From: the human T2T-CHM13v2.0 reference genome, Homo sapiens
DNA length: 64,000 nt
Assembly: GCF_009914755.1 (NCBI RefSeq)
Contig: NC_060931.1
Strand: one strand, 5' to 3'
The notes beneath the pieces are model-generated. The model searched no databases, was not told where the DNA came from, and saw only the letters and a list, made by a program, of their open reading frames with translations. Positions 13,410 to 31,613 of the stretch are shown piece after piece. A program made the position numbers and the translations under genes. Position 1 is the stretch's first letter, and each line of letters starts with the position of its first letter.

Positions 13410-14049
13410 TATAGAAACTGAGAGGTAATTTCATTAGGTCTGCCTCCCCTGCTTGCTTTTGGTCATTTGCCTCTTGGTGTTGTTTCCTTTTCCCACGAAG
13501 TTGAAGGCTGCAGTAGCTGAACACCGCACCACTGAACACTGAGACTTAACTTCACTGGCTACTTTATAGATAACGTTCATAGGTCACCGTGGTAACTGTT
13601 GCTTCCATTTTTTTTTTTTCTCAGAAACTTAGGCCAGCTTCTGTCCAGTTCAAACTGGTTGAGGCCACTGACTCTTCAAGTGCCTGAGAGGTGGCCTTTT
13701 GATGTCAGAGGGTCAAAAACTCCACCCTGAGATCATGCTAACACTGCCATTTTTCTGTACATATGTCCTATATAATGCCATGAACTCTGGCTACATTTGT
13801 GCAGAATGAGCCTGTTACTTCATTTTTTTCCCAGTGCCGATTACATTTCCCCATAACTCAGACCACCCCATTTCCCTAACCCATAAATATCCCTAAGCCT
13901 TATCTTCAGGGAGGCGTACTTCAGAGCTATTCTCCCACCTCCTCACTCCATGCCCTTGTGAATAAATCTTTTTTTTCTTTTGCAAAACCCATGTCACACT
14001 AATTGATTTACTGTTCAGGGCAGAACAGACTAGGACCTAGCTGGTAACA
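13410..14049 (+). mobile_element. LTR (ERVL, MER73/MER74-like)
   Basis: gatcatgctaacactgccatttt, then aataaa poly(A) signal, ending ggtaaca. Confidence 0.6.
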
Positions 14050-15362
14050 GTATCTGAGTACCACTTGGCATTGTATGTGGTCGTGAATAAATAAAGTGAC
14101 CGTTAAACAGGAAAACATCACTGGTTGTTCTCTAGCTCTTGGTCTCTTGAAACTTCCATCTCATTGTGATCAGATAACACCTACCCTAGAATGGGGAGAC
14201 CTCCCTAAATTTGAAACATTCAGATATAAAATTTCCAAGTTGCTACAGAATCAAAGATCTAGAACTGAGTCTTTTGTAAAATCATCATCTAACACTGACT
14301 GGGTGCGTTTCTGGAACGTTTTTCTTTATTATTATTACAACCCGGTATTCCATCTTCCTGACTTGGTATGTCAAGATGATGTTGTCACAACACTGTGATG
14401 AAAATCACCCTAATGGCTTATGACAAAATAACCTGGACAATCAAAAATCAGATCTGTCCATATATCAGATGCAGAAAAATACACATCATGATGAAACTTT
14501 AATGCCTGTGGTCTTTCAAAAAGTCAATAGTAATAGTGATATCAAGAATAGCAGCTAATTTAAAGAGTACTCACTATGCTCTAAGCCCTGTGCTGAATTA
14601 ACCTTTGAATGTGTTCCCTCCTTGAATCCTTCAGCTGAGAGTTCTACATCTTTTCAAAACTAGTGCTGTAAAAGTAAGTGAAACAATATTTTCAAAGCAT
14701 TTGGGATTTCTTAGAGATGCTATGTAAACTCCAAATACGATTAACGCAACCCATATTACATAGGTTTTTGTAATAGATGGTGCATTATTTATCATTTAGT
14801 ATGTGAACATAAAATATTATTTTGACTAGGCACTGACAACAAATGAGCGAAAATAACATCTTATTCAATAATTCTTACCTTTCTATGAATTTAGGTCTTA
14901 TAAAAGAAAATTTTTAATTTCCAATTAGTGGTATCAACAAAAGTACTCTGGTACGTAGTTTTTAAAGAACCACACTTTTTTTCATAATCATTTAGGCAGC
15001 ATACTTAAAAATAATCTATAAAATGTCAATATACAGAGCTCAGAATAAATGTATCTATAAAAATAACTTTTACTTCTTAAATAACAAAAAGTCATAAAAT
15101 ATTTCATTAGTTCAATAGATAAATGCAGGATATTTTTAAAAGCAGTTTTTAATTTCTATTTTGTCAAGGCTAAAATAACCAACCATACAGTATTTCAGAG
15201 ATGAAAGTCAAAGTATCAATATTTGTTATAATATTTGGAAAACTTTATTGCTTCAGGTATGGTAAGTAATCTCTATTTGCTAGCCCTGATTCAGTATTTG
15301 ACAGGCAATAATAGAAAATCTTAGGTTATAAAATGGAAAATTTGGGATCAGAAATAGAGTAA

Positions 15363-15689
<327 letters not shown>

Positions 15690-15932
15690 TCATATTCCTG
15701 AGAGAAGAAAAACACAACTTTCCAGGCTTTGCAGAATTTCCAAAGTTGTTACAGACTTATCCTTCTTTATTTGCAATAATCAAGTGTTTGTACACGAGTC
15801 ATAAGGCTGGATCCCATTTGTGATAACAGAACACCTATGGAAGTGAGGCAGTTATGGGTTTATTTAGTCCTTTAAGCTTCCAGCAGATTCTAATGGGCAG
15901 GCATATTCAAGAATCATTGCTCTAGTACAGCT

Positions 15933-16118
15933 CAGTGGCTTGCAAAGTGTGGCAAGATCAGCAGCATCCACATCACTTGAGCTATGGTAAGAAATTCACA
16001 TTCTTGGGCCCCCTTCTGGACCTACTGAATCAGAAACTTTGGGGATGGAGCCCAGCAATCCAGATTTTAGTCACTATTCTGGTGATTCTTATCCTCACTG
16101 AAATTTACAAACCTCTGT
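15933..16118. mobile_element. MER5A (hAT-Charlie MITE)
   Basis: gacctactgaatcagaaact...ggagcccagcaatc...ggtgattct. Confidence 0.75.
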
Positions 16119-16242
16119 AGTTGTAATCCAAGGTGTACTGCTCACCAACCAGGCAATCTAGAGGCTAATCATTGAGCTTCATTTTTCTCATCCGTAAAAT
16201 CGGGATACTATGTACCTGCCTAACCCCCTCAACAGTATTCTT

Positions 16243-16557
16243 CTTTTTGTATGTGTGTGGAGGTTCTTATTTATTTATTTGACAAGTAAAAATTGTATAT
16301 GTTTATGGTGTACAACATGAGATTTTTGATATATGTATACATTATGGCATGGCTAAATCAAGCTATTTATGCATTACTTTGCATAGTTGACACTTTTATG
16401 AACCTTAAAGTCAGCCTTTTTAGCATTTTCAGATACACAATATTTTGTTATTAACTGTAGTCACCATGATGTACAAGAGCTCTCTTGAACTCATTCCTCC
16501 TGTCAAGTCTAAATTTTGCATTATTTGACCAACATCTCCCCAGTCCTCCCACCGCTT
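16243..16557 (-). mobile_element. 5'-truncated L1MA 3' end
   Basis: Reverse L1MA 3' UTR flanked by a perfect 14-bp TSD, tcaacagtattctt (16229-16242, 16558-16571). Confidence 0.85.
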
Positions 16558-16639
16558 TCAACAGTATTCTTACAAACATGAACATGTAGTATCAAGTGCG
16601 ATTGTATTTTGAGAAGCCTAGAGTGTTTTACACTTGTAA

Positions 16640-16870
16640 AGTAGTATTAATAGTTGTGATCCTTCCATTTATTGATCACTAACCATGTTCCAGAACCTGT
16701 TGACACACTATACCACTCAGTCATTACCACAAACATGTGTTGTACAGAATACCATCCTTTATTTTTGTTCAGATGAGGAAACTGAGGCTTTGAGGGTTTA
16801 AGACACTTGCTCAGGGTGACCCAGCAGAGCCAAGTTAGAACTCACATCTGTGCTACTATCAGGCTATACC
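16640..16870 (-). mobile_element. MIR
   Basis: cagatgaggaaactgaggct...cttgctcagggtgacccagc. Confidence 0.75.
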
Positions 16871-16937
16871 CTCTCACATTTTTGCCTTATTCAGATAGCC
16901 TGAGAGAGAGGGAGAAGAAATTCAAACTTCAATTTTA

Positions 16938-17162
<225 letters not shown>

Positions 17163-17179
17163 TTAATTAAAACAGGACT

Positions 17180-17450
17180 GGGAATGGATACAAGATTATA
17201 GAGGAAGAATAAGTTCTACGGGTTCTGTAGCACTGTAGGGTGAATACAGTCAACAATGATTTATTGTATATGTTTAAAAAGCTGAAGAGGAGGTTTTGAA
17301 AGTCCCCAACACAAAGAAATAATAAATGTTGGAGTTGATGGATATGCTAAATACCCTGATTTGAGCATTACACATGGTATAAAATGTATCCAATATGCCT
17401 TTGTACCCCATAAATATGTATAATTATTACATGTCAACTAAAAATATTTA
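17180..17450 (+). mobile_element. L1MA 3' end
   Basis: aataagttct...gcactgtagggtga...gtaccccataaatatgtataatt. Confidence 0.8.
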
Positions 17451-18601
17451 AACAGCTAACGACAACCTAATTTGTCTATCAGGACGGGCATGTAGATGTA
17501 AACTGTTTAATTCATATACTAGAATACTGTATATCAGTTCAAATGAATAAATTGATCTGCATTTATCAATCAATAAGAATAAATCTCAGAAAGCGTTAAA
17601 TTAAAAGATCAAGTTAATAAAAGAATAAAATTGAGGAACTAGGCTCTTTATATACTACCATTTCAACCTGTTTATTTACTGTGCCTAGGATTCCGATACC
17701 TTCCCCCTATTTCTTTCTGAAAACGATTATTTATCTGTTTATAGGCCATTTTTTAACAGGTATTCCTGAATTCTTTTCAAAAGACTTTCCCCACTTCATC
17801 ACACACACACCCCAGCTCTCTTTTCTGTAATCTACACATACTCTAGACTTTAATGCTGTAAAATTTGCCTCAGTTGGTTATTCGAATCTGATAATCTGAT
17901 CATCATGTCTTTAACAGCTTTCAGCTCTGACCTACAAGTCATGTCTGGATTCTTTTATAGCTTTTGAATCCAAACAAGCTCCTGACCTTGCTAACTATAG
18001 CCCAGCACCAGGAGATTTCTGACAGTATAAAATTCAAGGCCTAATCTTAAGACTATGTAATGAAATTGATAACCATAAATTCCAAGATGGGCTCAGGACA
18101 ACAGGACTTGGCATTTCTGGCCATTACTTCCAAAGCAAATCATATCTGTATATGAAATACAACAAAGTCTGCTAGTCTGAAAGCATGTTAAATATGGCTT
18201 GTTATGTTCAGCCTTTCCACACTGCTCTTATAAACAGGAGTTGGACTGTTTCCATCAGACTCTGACCAAGTAAACTTAAATGTAATGATGTTACAGTCTG
18301 AGTCTTTTTGTTTTTTAAGAAAAGCAACGTAAGCAACAAAAGCTTCCCTGCCTTTTTCCCGCGGTTGCTCCCACTCCATCTCTCGCTTCCATTTTCTTTC
18401 AGAACACTCTGAAACTCTCAAGCATTTTCTATAAGAGAACTTGCAGTTCTCCATAGGGATCAGGAGAGGCATAGATGATTTTTTTCTAGAAGGAAGCATA
18501 GGTTTTGCAATTTCTTAGAAAAGTTGGGGCATGTGAGGGCCAAGACAGAAATCTATCATACTTGAAACAAGCTTCCCCAAAGTAATAAGAAAAACAAAAC
18601 A

Positions 18602-18994
<393 letters not shown>

Positions 18995-20522
18995 CTACTA
19001 GTGCCTGGGATATTTATAGACCATGTTCCAAGAGAAGAGAAGGTAAAGCAGTGTCTATGTTACAAACAAAAAGGAACTGAGCTACAAGACTGAAAAACTG
19101 AAAGAAACAGCAATGTAAACAAGCCGTTTACTTGACATCATAAATGTATCTTTGGCTTTCTACTCCTCTCCCTCAAAAAAAAGGAAAGAAAACGTATCAA
19201 AATAGGTTAGGCAGATGTCATAGGCTAAAATCAGCACCTTCTGAAATTTATTAACTTCTGGGCAAAAGTATAATTGCTTGAAACTGTTTAGATTTTTTTC
19301 ATCCTCATGAAATCTTTTAACTGAAACCCAGGAGGTGAGCAAAAACAGTTGTGTTAACAGCTTCTGCGCAAGTTACAGCTACAAATACATGACAGAGCAT
19401 GTGCTCCTGTGGCAAAAGCTGTAAGTCAGCTGTTTCTTATTTTATCTTCTTTGGGAACAAATATCAAGGTTGAAATAGACCTCTAGAAGTGTCATTTTTA
19501 ATTACAACACTTATTGAGATAATAGCTGATTAACAGACAGTTGTAAGAAATAATACAGAGAGACTCTGTGTACACTTTACCCAGTTTCCCCCATGGTAAC
19601 ATTTTGGGAAACTATAGTACATTGTCCCACCTAGGATATTGACATTGATACAATCCACCAAACTTACTCAGATTTCTCCAGTTTTACTTGTCTGTCGTGG
19701 GCACCACCTGTGTAGGTTTGTCCATGCACCACCGCAAGGAGGACACGAAGTTCCCCCTGTTGCCCTCTATAGCCACATCCACCTTCCTCCCACATCCCTT
19801 CCTCCTTCCTTAACCCCTGGTAACCATTAATTTATTCTCCATTTCAAAAACCTTTTCATTTAAAAAATGTTACATGGATGGCATCATGCAGTATATAACA
19901 TTTTGGAATTGGCTTTTAAAAAAATTCAGTACAATTCTCTGGAGATTCATCCAAGTAGCAATGAGTATTAATCAGCTGGTTCCCTTTTATTGTTGTGTAG
20001 TATTCCATGGTATGTATGTGCCACCAGTTTTTAACCATTCACCTGTGGATGAGCATCTGGGCTGATTTTGGTTTCAGGGTTTGGCAGATAAGGCTTGTAT
20101 GAATATCTGTGTGAATGTAATTTTCATTTTTCTGGGGTAAATGCCCAAGAGTACAGTTACTGGGTCATATGAAAGTTGAAATTTAGTTTTACATGAAACT
20201 ACTGAGCTGTTTTCCAGAGTGGCAATACTGTTTTACATTCCAACTAAAATATATGAGTGATCCAGTCTCCGGGATCCCAATGTCCTTCTCCAAATGCGTC
20301 CTCTCCTGCATTCAGTGTTGTCACTATTTGTCATTTTAACCATTCTGAGAAATATGTAGTGATAGATTACTGTGGTTTTTAACTTGCATTTCCCTGATGG
20401 CTAATGATATTGAAGATCTTTACATTTGTTATTAGCCATCTGTCTGTCTTCTTGGATTAATTGACTATTCAATGCCTTTTGCCATTTTCTAATTGGATTT
20501 TCTTTTTACTATTGAGTTTTGA

Positions 20523-20835
<313 letters not shown>

Positions 20836-20976
20836 AAGAGTTCTGTGTTTTAGATACTAGTCCTTTGTCAGATACATGGTTTGCAAGTATTTTCTGCCAA
20901 TTTTTAGTTTGTCTTTTCATGTTCTTCAGGTGATTCCAAAGAGCAAAAGTTTTAAATTTTCATGACCTTCAATTAA

Positions 20977-21303
<327 letters not shown>

Positions 21304-21567
21304 AATTTCCCTTTTAAGTATCCCAGTTTTGGTGTTAAGTCTATGAACTCTTTGCCTAGACCTAGATACTGAAGATTTTCTCTTTTTTTTTTTTTTGAGT
21401 TTTATTATTTCACCTTTTATATTTAAGTCCATGATCCATTTTATGTTAATTTTTTATAAGATGAGATTAATTTGAGGCTTTTTTTTTTTTTGGCTTATAT
21501 CGAAATGTGTAAACATCATTAGGTGAAAAGGCAAAATCTCTCTTCTGTAGAATTGGTTTTGTACCTC

Positions 21568-22238
21568 TATTAGTCTGTGCTTACACTGCTATAAAAAACA
21601 CCTGAAACTGGGCAATTTATAAAGAAAAGAGGTTTAACTAGCTCACAGTTCCACAGGCTGTACAGGAAGCATGGCTGGGAAGGCCTCAGGAAATTTACAA
21701 CCGTGGCAGAAAGGGAAGCAAGCACGTTTTTAGGTGGCCATAACAGAAGGAAGAAAGACGGGGAGGTGCTACACACTTTTTTTTTTTATTATTTTTTTGA
21801 GATGGAGTTTCACTCTTTCGCCCAGACTGGAGTGCATTGGCACGATCTTGGCTCACTGCAACCTCCGCTTTCTGGTTTCAAGTGATTCTTCTGCTTCAGC
21901 CTCCCAAGTAGCTGGGATTACAGGCACCCGCCACCATGCCCGGCTGATTTTTGTATTTTTAGTAGAGATGGGGTTTCACCATGTTGGTCAGGCCAGTCTC
22001 GAATTCCTGACCTTGTGATCTGCTTGCCTCGGCCTCCCAAAGCGCTGGGATTACAGGCATGAGCCACAGCACCCAGCCAGTGCTACACACTTTTAAACAA
22101 CCAGATCTCATGAGAACAGCACCAAAGGAGGAAATCCACCTCCATGATCCAGTCACCTTCCACCAGGCCCCACTTCCAACATTGCGGATTATAATTCGAC
22201 ATGAGATTTGGGTGGGAACATAAATCCAAACCATATCA
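21568..22238 (-). mobile_element. MSTA-type MaLR LTR with an internal Alu
   Basis: tattagtctg...gctcacagttccacaggctgtacaggaagcatgg...atccaaaccatatca. Confidence 0.85.
21777..22078 (-). mobile_element. Alu (AluS) in MSTA
   Basis: TSD gtgctacacactttt. Confidence 0.95.
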
Positions 22239-22653
22239 GCATCTTTGTCAAAAATCAGTTGAGCATATTTATGTGGGTCTACTTCTGGGTTCTCTGTTCT
22301 GGCACATTGATCTGTGTGTCTCTCTCCACCAACATCACACTATCTCATTACTACAGCTGTGTAGCTAGGCCTTAACATCAGATAGAGCCTTCCCACTCAA
22401 TTCACCTTTGTCAAGATTGTTTTAGTTACTCTAGGGCCTCTGCCTTTCCATATAAATTTTAGAATAAGTTTGCTTGTGTCCACTGGAATTTTGATAGTAA
22501 TTGTATTATGTCTACAGATCAATTGGCAGAGTATTTATATCTCTATTATGTTGATTCTTGTAATTTATAAACAAGGTATGTATGTTAATTTATGTCTTCT
22601 GCTATTGGTTTGGATATATGACCCCTCCAAACCTCATGTTAAAATTTGATTCC

Positions 22654-23286
<633 letters not shown>

Positions 23287-23776
23287 AAAATTTGATTCCC
23301 AGTGTTGGAGGTGTGGCCTAATGGGAGGTGTTTGCCTCAGAGGGGTAGATGCCTCATGAATGGTGGTGTCCTTGTGGTAATGAGCAAGTTCTCACTCTAT
23401 TTGTTTCTGCTAGAGCTGATTGTTAAAAAGAGCCTGGCACCTCTCCTGCTGTCTCTTGCTTCCTCTCTTGCTGTGTGATCTCTGCACACCCTTCTGCCTT
23501 TCACCATGCGTGGAAGCAGACAGGTTTTCACCAGATGCCCAATCTACTCAGCAGAATCATAAGCCAATTAAACCTCTTTTCTTTATAAATTAGCCAGCCT
23601 CAGGTATTCCTTTATAGCAACACAAATGGACTAAGACATCCTCTTTAATTTTTTAAAGCAGCATTTTATAATTTTCAGTATACATGTTGTATATGCTCTT
23701 TAAGTATATACCTAAGTATTTATTTTCTTTGGAGCAATTGTAAGTGGTACTTTTACAATAGTATTATAAGTAGTTT

Positions 23777-24034
23777 CTTTTTTTTTTCTTTTGACGCAAG
23801 GTCTCACTCTGTTACTCAGGCTGCAGTACAGTGGCATGAACATGGCTCACTGCAGCCTCAACTTCCTGGGCTCAAGTAATCCTTCCACCTCAACCTCTTG
23901 GGTAGCTGGGAGGACAACAGGTATGCATCACCACACCTGGCTGATTTTTGTATTTTTTTGTAGAGACAGGATTTTGCCATGTTGCCCAGGATGGTAAGTG
24001 CTAAGATTACTGGTGCGAGCCAGCATGTTTGGCC
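23777..24034 (-). mobile_element. Alu (AluJ)
   Basis: Diverged, internally deleted. Confidence 0.85.
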
Positions 24035-24084
24035 TATAAAGCGTTTTTAATTTCAGTTTCCACTCATTCATTCTTACTATATAG

Positions 24085-24481
<397 letters not shown>

Positions 24482-24954
24482 AATCCTTGGTATTTTCTAA
24501 GTAAACAATCATCTCATCTTCAAATAGAGGCAATTTTATTTTCTCCTTTCCAAACGGTGTTTTATTTCTTTCTCTTGCCCTATTACAATAGCTAGAATTC
24601 CTAGTACAATGTTGAATAACACTGCCATTTAAAATGCTTGCATTTTCTAAACGCTTCTCACTTTAGCTTTAGGCTCTGGTAAAGAGCAAAATGCCTCTCC
24701 AACCTTTCTGTCTCGTGTGCCTTCTCCCCTTCTTCTTGATGACCACAACATCTGGCACCTGGACATTATTTAGAATGTTAGATAGTGGTTCACAGATGTA
24801 GTTGTTTTAAACATGGACGAACAATGTAGTGCTTCTTACAGGGTAGAATGAATAAGCATTTTATATGTTTTCATTGTGGCACTGTTGTATGGGGCAACTG
24901 CACACTCGTACATTTTTGTTGGATATTATGAATGCTTGTATGAATTGTGAATTA

Positions 24955-25363
24955 GAGTCACTGGACTGTGCCCCTGCCACCCCATGCCTAAATCATATGT
25001 TGAAGCCCAAACAATGTGACTGTATCTGGAGACAGGCCTTTTAAGAGACAATTAGTGTTAAATAAAGTCATGAGGGTGGGAACCTAAGCTGATAAGACTG
25101 TGGCCTTATAAGAACAGGAAAAGATTCTCTCTCTCTCTCTCTCTCTCCCCCTCCCACCATTTCCCACCCCCACCCCCCACCATGTGAGGACACAGTGAGA
25201 AGGTGGCCATCTACAAGCCAGGAAGAGAGCCCCCATCAGAAACCCAATTGGCCAACACCTTGATCTTGGACTTCAACCTCCAGAAATGTGAAAGAATAAG
25301 TTTCTGTTATTTAAGCCACTCAGTCAATGGTATTTTGTTAAGGCAGTCCAAGCTGACTAATAC
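24955..25363 (+). mobile_element. MLT1A/B-type MaLR LTR
   Basis: catatgttgaagcc...ggccatctacaagccaggaagagag...gactaataca. Confidence 0.8.
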
Positions 25364-25428
25364 ATCGAATATGTACCGGTCACACACAGGGAAAAAGGCC
25401 CCTGGTACAGTCAGCCAGCCCACACTAT

Positions 25429-26284
<856 letters not shown>

Positions 26285-26542
26285 TACCATGAAACAACAT
26301 TAATGGTACATCTTATTCTAAGAACCAAGGGAAGAGACCATAAAGAAGTGTGATTCATTCACTTTTTATCCTCAAGATCTCATTACTAGCAGCAGAAACT
26401 ATTGCTAGGATTTCCACAATGTTCCCATGACAAGCAAGTGGGACACTCCGTCCTGGGCAGGGAATGCCTCCCAATTTAAAGGTAGCATAAAGCCCAGAAG
26501 AAAAGAAGACCACACAGATTGTCAAGTCCAGGGACACCAAGA

Positions 26543-27352
26543 GTAGTGGTTCCCAAATATTATTATGCCTGAAACTCACCAGAGGCACTTGTTCAAAATG
26601 TAGGGATCTGCCCTACCTTTTAAGATTCAGATTCAATAGGTCTGGCATTAGTGTGACCAGCCATCCCAAAACCATGCTATTTGGGAAACTCCTTAGTTTT
26701 GGGTCTTCTTATCTGCTGTGTAGTCCAGGATTCTGCACATTTAATAAGCACCCTAGTGCAGCAGTCCCCAACCTTTGTGGCACCAGGGACTGGTTTCATG
26801 GAAGACAATTTTTCCACGGATGGGTTGAGGGTGGTTTTGGGATGATTCAAGCACATCACATTTAGTGTGCACTTTATTTATATTATTATTACATTGTGAT
26901 ATATAATGAAATAATTATACAACTAACCATAATGTAGAGTCACTGGGCGCCTTGAGCTTATTTTCCTGCAAATAGATGGTCCTATCTGGGGGTGATGGGA
27001 GACAGTGACAGATCATCAGGCATTAGAGCCTCATAAGGAGCTCATAATCTAGATCCCTCACATGTGCAGTTCACAGTAGAGTTCGTGCTCCTGTGAGAAT
27101 CTAATACCACTGCAGATCTGACAGGAGGAGGCACAGCTCAGGCGGTAATGCGAGCGATGGGGAGCAGCTATAAATACAGCCCATGTTTACATCTGTAAAT
27201 ATTTACAGATGAAGCTTTGCTTGCTCGCCTGCTACTCACCTCCTGCTGTGCGGCCGGTTCCTAACACGCCATGGACTAGTACCGGGTTGGGGACCCCTGC
27301 TCTAGTGAATTTAGATGTCAATGGTCCTCAGACTATACTTTGAGAAACACTG
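26543..27352. mobile_element. MER5-type MITE interrupted by MER1
   Basis: gtagtggttcccaaa...gattcagattcaataggtctgg...actttgagaaacactg. Confidence 0.6.
26759..27299 (+). mobile_element. MER1A (hAT-Charlie)
   Basis: TIRs cagcagtccccaacc / ggttggggacccctg; 8-bp TSD ccctagtg/ctctagtg; ~540 bp. Confidence 0.9.
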
Positions 27353-27682
27353 ACTTGGAGACTTGAAGTTAGCTTGTAATTCTTACTAGGTGGAAGGGAA
27401 AGGTGTCATTCAAGTGTAGCTATGAAAACAACTTGATGGATTTTAAGTGTAGTCACTTTTGAGCCTGAATCATAGATAGGAAAATGTCAGATTAAATATT
27501 TAAGTATACAAAATATGCCAGACTTTTGCATCTAATGTCCCTCTTCTTCTAGTGCTCTATCCCTGACATTCGTGATGACCTTCTCCTCTGAAGCACTGTC
27601 ATGCTCTTCGCCCTTTTTCCTATCCTCATTCTTATTAGTTTCAACATCCAGGAGTTTCATTTCGTGACATCTTCACAACCCG

Positions 27683-28110
27683 TGTCAGTCTGAGTCCAGG
27701 CAAGAGATAGGAACCATGCCAGTTATTTGAATAGAGAGGATTGATTATGAAGAATTATTAGCTACAAATATAAAAAGAACAAGGTAGCAAAGAGTAAAAA
27801 GAGAACACTACGATATCACAGAGAGGACAACTGCAGGAAGCAGCCAGCAACCCTAGGGCTGGGGTAGAAGGAGGGGAAGAGGTTACCATTATCCACAGGT
27901 GCTGAGAAGAGGGCCTGCAGAAATGAAACACACACACCCCGAAGGGCCATGCTGCTCAGCTGATGCTGATGTCTCTGAGGTGGGCCCAATACAGCTGGTT
28001 TTACAAGGGTGGGAACAACCCAAGCTAGATTCCGCTGCCTCTTTGGGAAGTAACTGCTGCTGCCTGGGTGAAGACACATTGCTGGGGAGTTATTGATAGA
28101 AACAAGAGCC
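27683..28110. mobile_element. Ancient LTR (LTR78/79-like), uncertain
   Basis: tgtcagtctgagtccagg...gaaccatgccagttatttgaatagag resembles old LTR termini. Confidence 0.35.
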
Positions 28111-28693
28111 AATTAAGTCTCCTTTTTAAAATAAACTATGCAGTCTCAGGTATTTCTCTGTAGCAATGCAAGAACAGCCTAATACAGAAACTGACATATC
28201 CATAAAGCTAGTGTGAGAAATTTTAAATCTATCCAACTCTCGGAAGTTTTTGATCAAGCTTACAAACTATTAGGAAGAATCTAAAATACACGTAGGTGCA
28301 CATATAGGATATGCATATCCTAAAACATTTTAAAATTCAGTAGGAATAAAGGAAGTATCAGTTATTTGCAAAGACTCAGAATCACAATTATCACGTTCTC
28401 TAGTCTCAATGAAGAAAAAAGAAATCAACAACAGAAGGAAAAAGAAACCAAAAACAGATTCTTAAAATAAAAAACTTATTTCTGACTAACTTATAATTTC
28501 AAAGGAAATAAAATAAAAAATATGAAATAGCACCAAAAACATTCAAAGTATTTCCAGTCACAACCTGGGGGATGCAGCTAAAGACGAACTTGTGGAAAAT
28601 GTAAAACTTTAAATGCATCTGTTAGGATACAATACATATTTAAAACAAATGAGCTAATCATTAATCTGAAGGTTAAGAAAAAAACAATAGAAT

Positions 28694-29419
28694 TGATACA
28701 GACAGGAGACAGGCAAATACTGGGTAGAAGAGGGTAGTTCCCCGGCAAAGACCCTACCCTCAAGCCTGGAAACCGGTGGCCCTAAATGGGTACAGACATT
28801 CCTGTTTTCAAGCCCAAAATGTTGCCTTTTGGCCTGCCACACCCCCTATCCTGTACCCATATTAACCCCAAACCCCCAGCTCCAGGAGAAAACAAACAGA
28901 CAAACAGCAGAAGAGCGCAACAGAGAAGGAGAGAAGAGAAGGAATGTTGAACACCGAGAGGAGTTCAGCTGGGACTATCAGAGAAAAGATTGGCCACTGG
29001 ACAGCCAAACTCCAGAGGAAGAGCATCTTCTACTCCATCCCCCTTCCAGCTCTCCATCCATCCCACCTTCAACCCTCAGTAAAACCCCCGCATTCACTCT
29101 TCAAGCCCGTGTGTGACCTGATTCTTCCTGGACTCCGGACAAGGACCTGGGTACCAAGAGGGCACTGAACAGGTTAACACTTAAGCCATCTGTGGACAGC
29201 AAAGCTAAAAAAGCGACACTGTAACATGCCCACGGGCTTCGAGAGTCACCCCTAGATGATACCATGGGGCCGGAGCCCAAAGTGCTAGCCCTGGCTCGAG
29301 CACCCGCCCCACTGTGTGCTCCTCCTCGCATAAGGGGTTTGAGCTCATGGTGGCCGAACAGAGAGCCACACCCTTGTCATATGTCATGCGAACGGGGGCT
29401 AGGGAACTGTCCCATTTCA
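28694..29419 (+). mobile_element. ERV1 solo LTR, MER50-like
   Basis: tgatacagacaggagacagg...cccatttca; 4-bp TSD GAAT (28690-28693, 29420-29423); inserted in an old L1 fragment. Confidence 0.85.
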
Positions 29420-30919
29420 GAATGAATTCCAAGGAAATAATAAGGATTAAAAATAACTCCTAACAAAGTGAAGAGTAAAAGCAATATAAAAAACCAAGCC
29501 AATTCTTTGGAAAGACACCTAATTTCTACAAAGTTCTGACAAGACTGATGATGACAAAAAGAGAGAAAAGATAAAGAACCACTGGACACAAACAAGAGCA
29601 AATGCTGTTCAGGCTGTGGACTTTCCTGAGCCCGAGGAAGCTGAAGGCAGGGATACTGATTCAGAACACCCCACCATTGACTGCTTTTTCCCTCCAGTGA
29701 CAGAGAGACCTTCCAGATGCTCAGCTTGGTTTAAGACATAGGAAAGCCCAAGGTCTTAAAACACTTCCTTAAATAGAAGCATTGAGCACTGCATTTAGGC
29801 AAGTTCTTCCTCAGGAGTGATGTAACAAGGTCAGCAGTAAAGCACAGAATGAGGCTTCCCAGTTGTCCCAGACCTCTCACCAGATATTGTCAATGTCTCT
29901 GGTTACTTCACATTCCCCTTAGAGGATTTCAAGGATTAAGGGAAACTGCCCTAAAATAAGATTATCTTATCTGTATCTGCCCTTATCCCGTATGGCCACT
30001 TCCTTTCTGTTAAGACTTTGGAACATAAATTGGTAAGAGTGTGTGTGTGTGTGTGTGCACCCTCCCCTTAGTCACTAAATGTTGTATTTGGTGTCATCAC
30101 TGGGGTTGGCCTCACCCCCAGCCCCCACCTCCCCTCAGTTATATTTGGAAGGAACATCTGGAAGCTGAAGAAAAAAATGCTGAGGACCCCTGTGTAGAGA
30201 CAGGCTAGACTTTGTGCCACTGAAGGAATTGTGTTAATGGAATTTACCCAGTTTTCTCCTAACTCCAACTGGTCCTGCTCGGTAGTTAAAGAGATCTGAG
30301 CTGAGGGCAGAGTTACCCCAGATATAGTTCCCTGGTTTCCCAGAAGCACACAGCCAAGTAGCCAAGGATCCTTGAAGTGAGGGGGAAGCTTAAAGTTTGG
30401 ACCAAGTACCTTGAGTGAACGCCAATATCTGAAACCTGGGCCATGATATTAGGAAAGATCTAGGGGCTGAGGGCTCCTCAGGCCCCCATTAGACTTCTGA
30501 ATGGAGACTTCCAGGCAGAAATTAGATAATTGTTGATGTTTTTGATGTAGTTACAGTGAGAATGGACCTAAAAATTTTTTAATTGATGTGACTCTACCTG
30601 CATGATTGATCAAAAAAAGAGGAAGTTAGATTAGGATGAAAAAATGAAAGTTTTAATGACTTCTCTATATTTTCTTAAAAAATTTAGTTACACATATAGC
30701 ACACAAAGACATTTGCATGAACTTACTCAAAGTGTAAGACAACGTTACAGTTCCTCTTTACCTCTGTCACCTCCTCCCCAACCCCCCACTCCCTCACACA
30801 CAAACACCCAGAGGGGATCTTGAATCAAAGGTATGTGTCTGCCCAGGCCTTTTTCATGTGTATTTACAAATATGTCACACTATTACTTTTAAGAAGGATT
30901 TCTGTTTTAATGTTTATGA

Positions 30920-31613
<694 letters not shown>

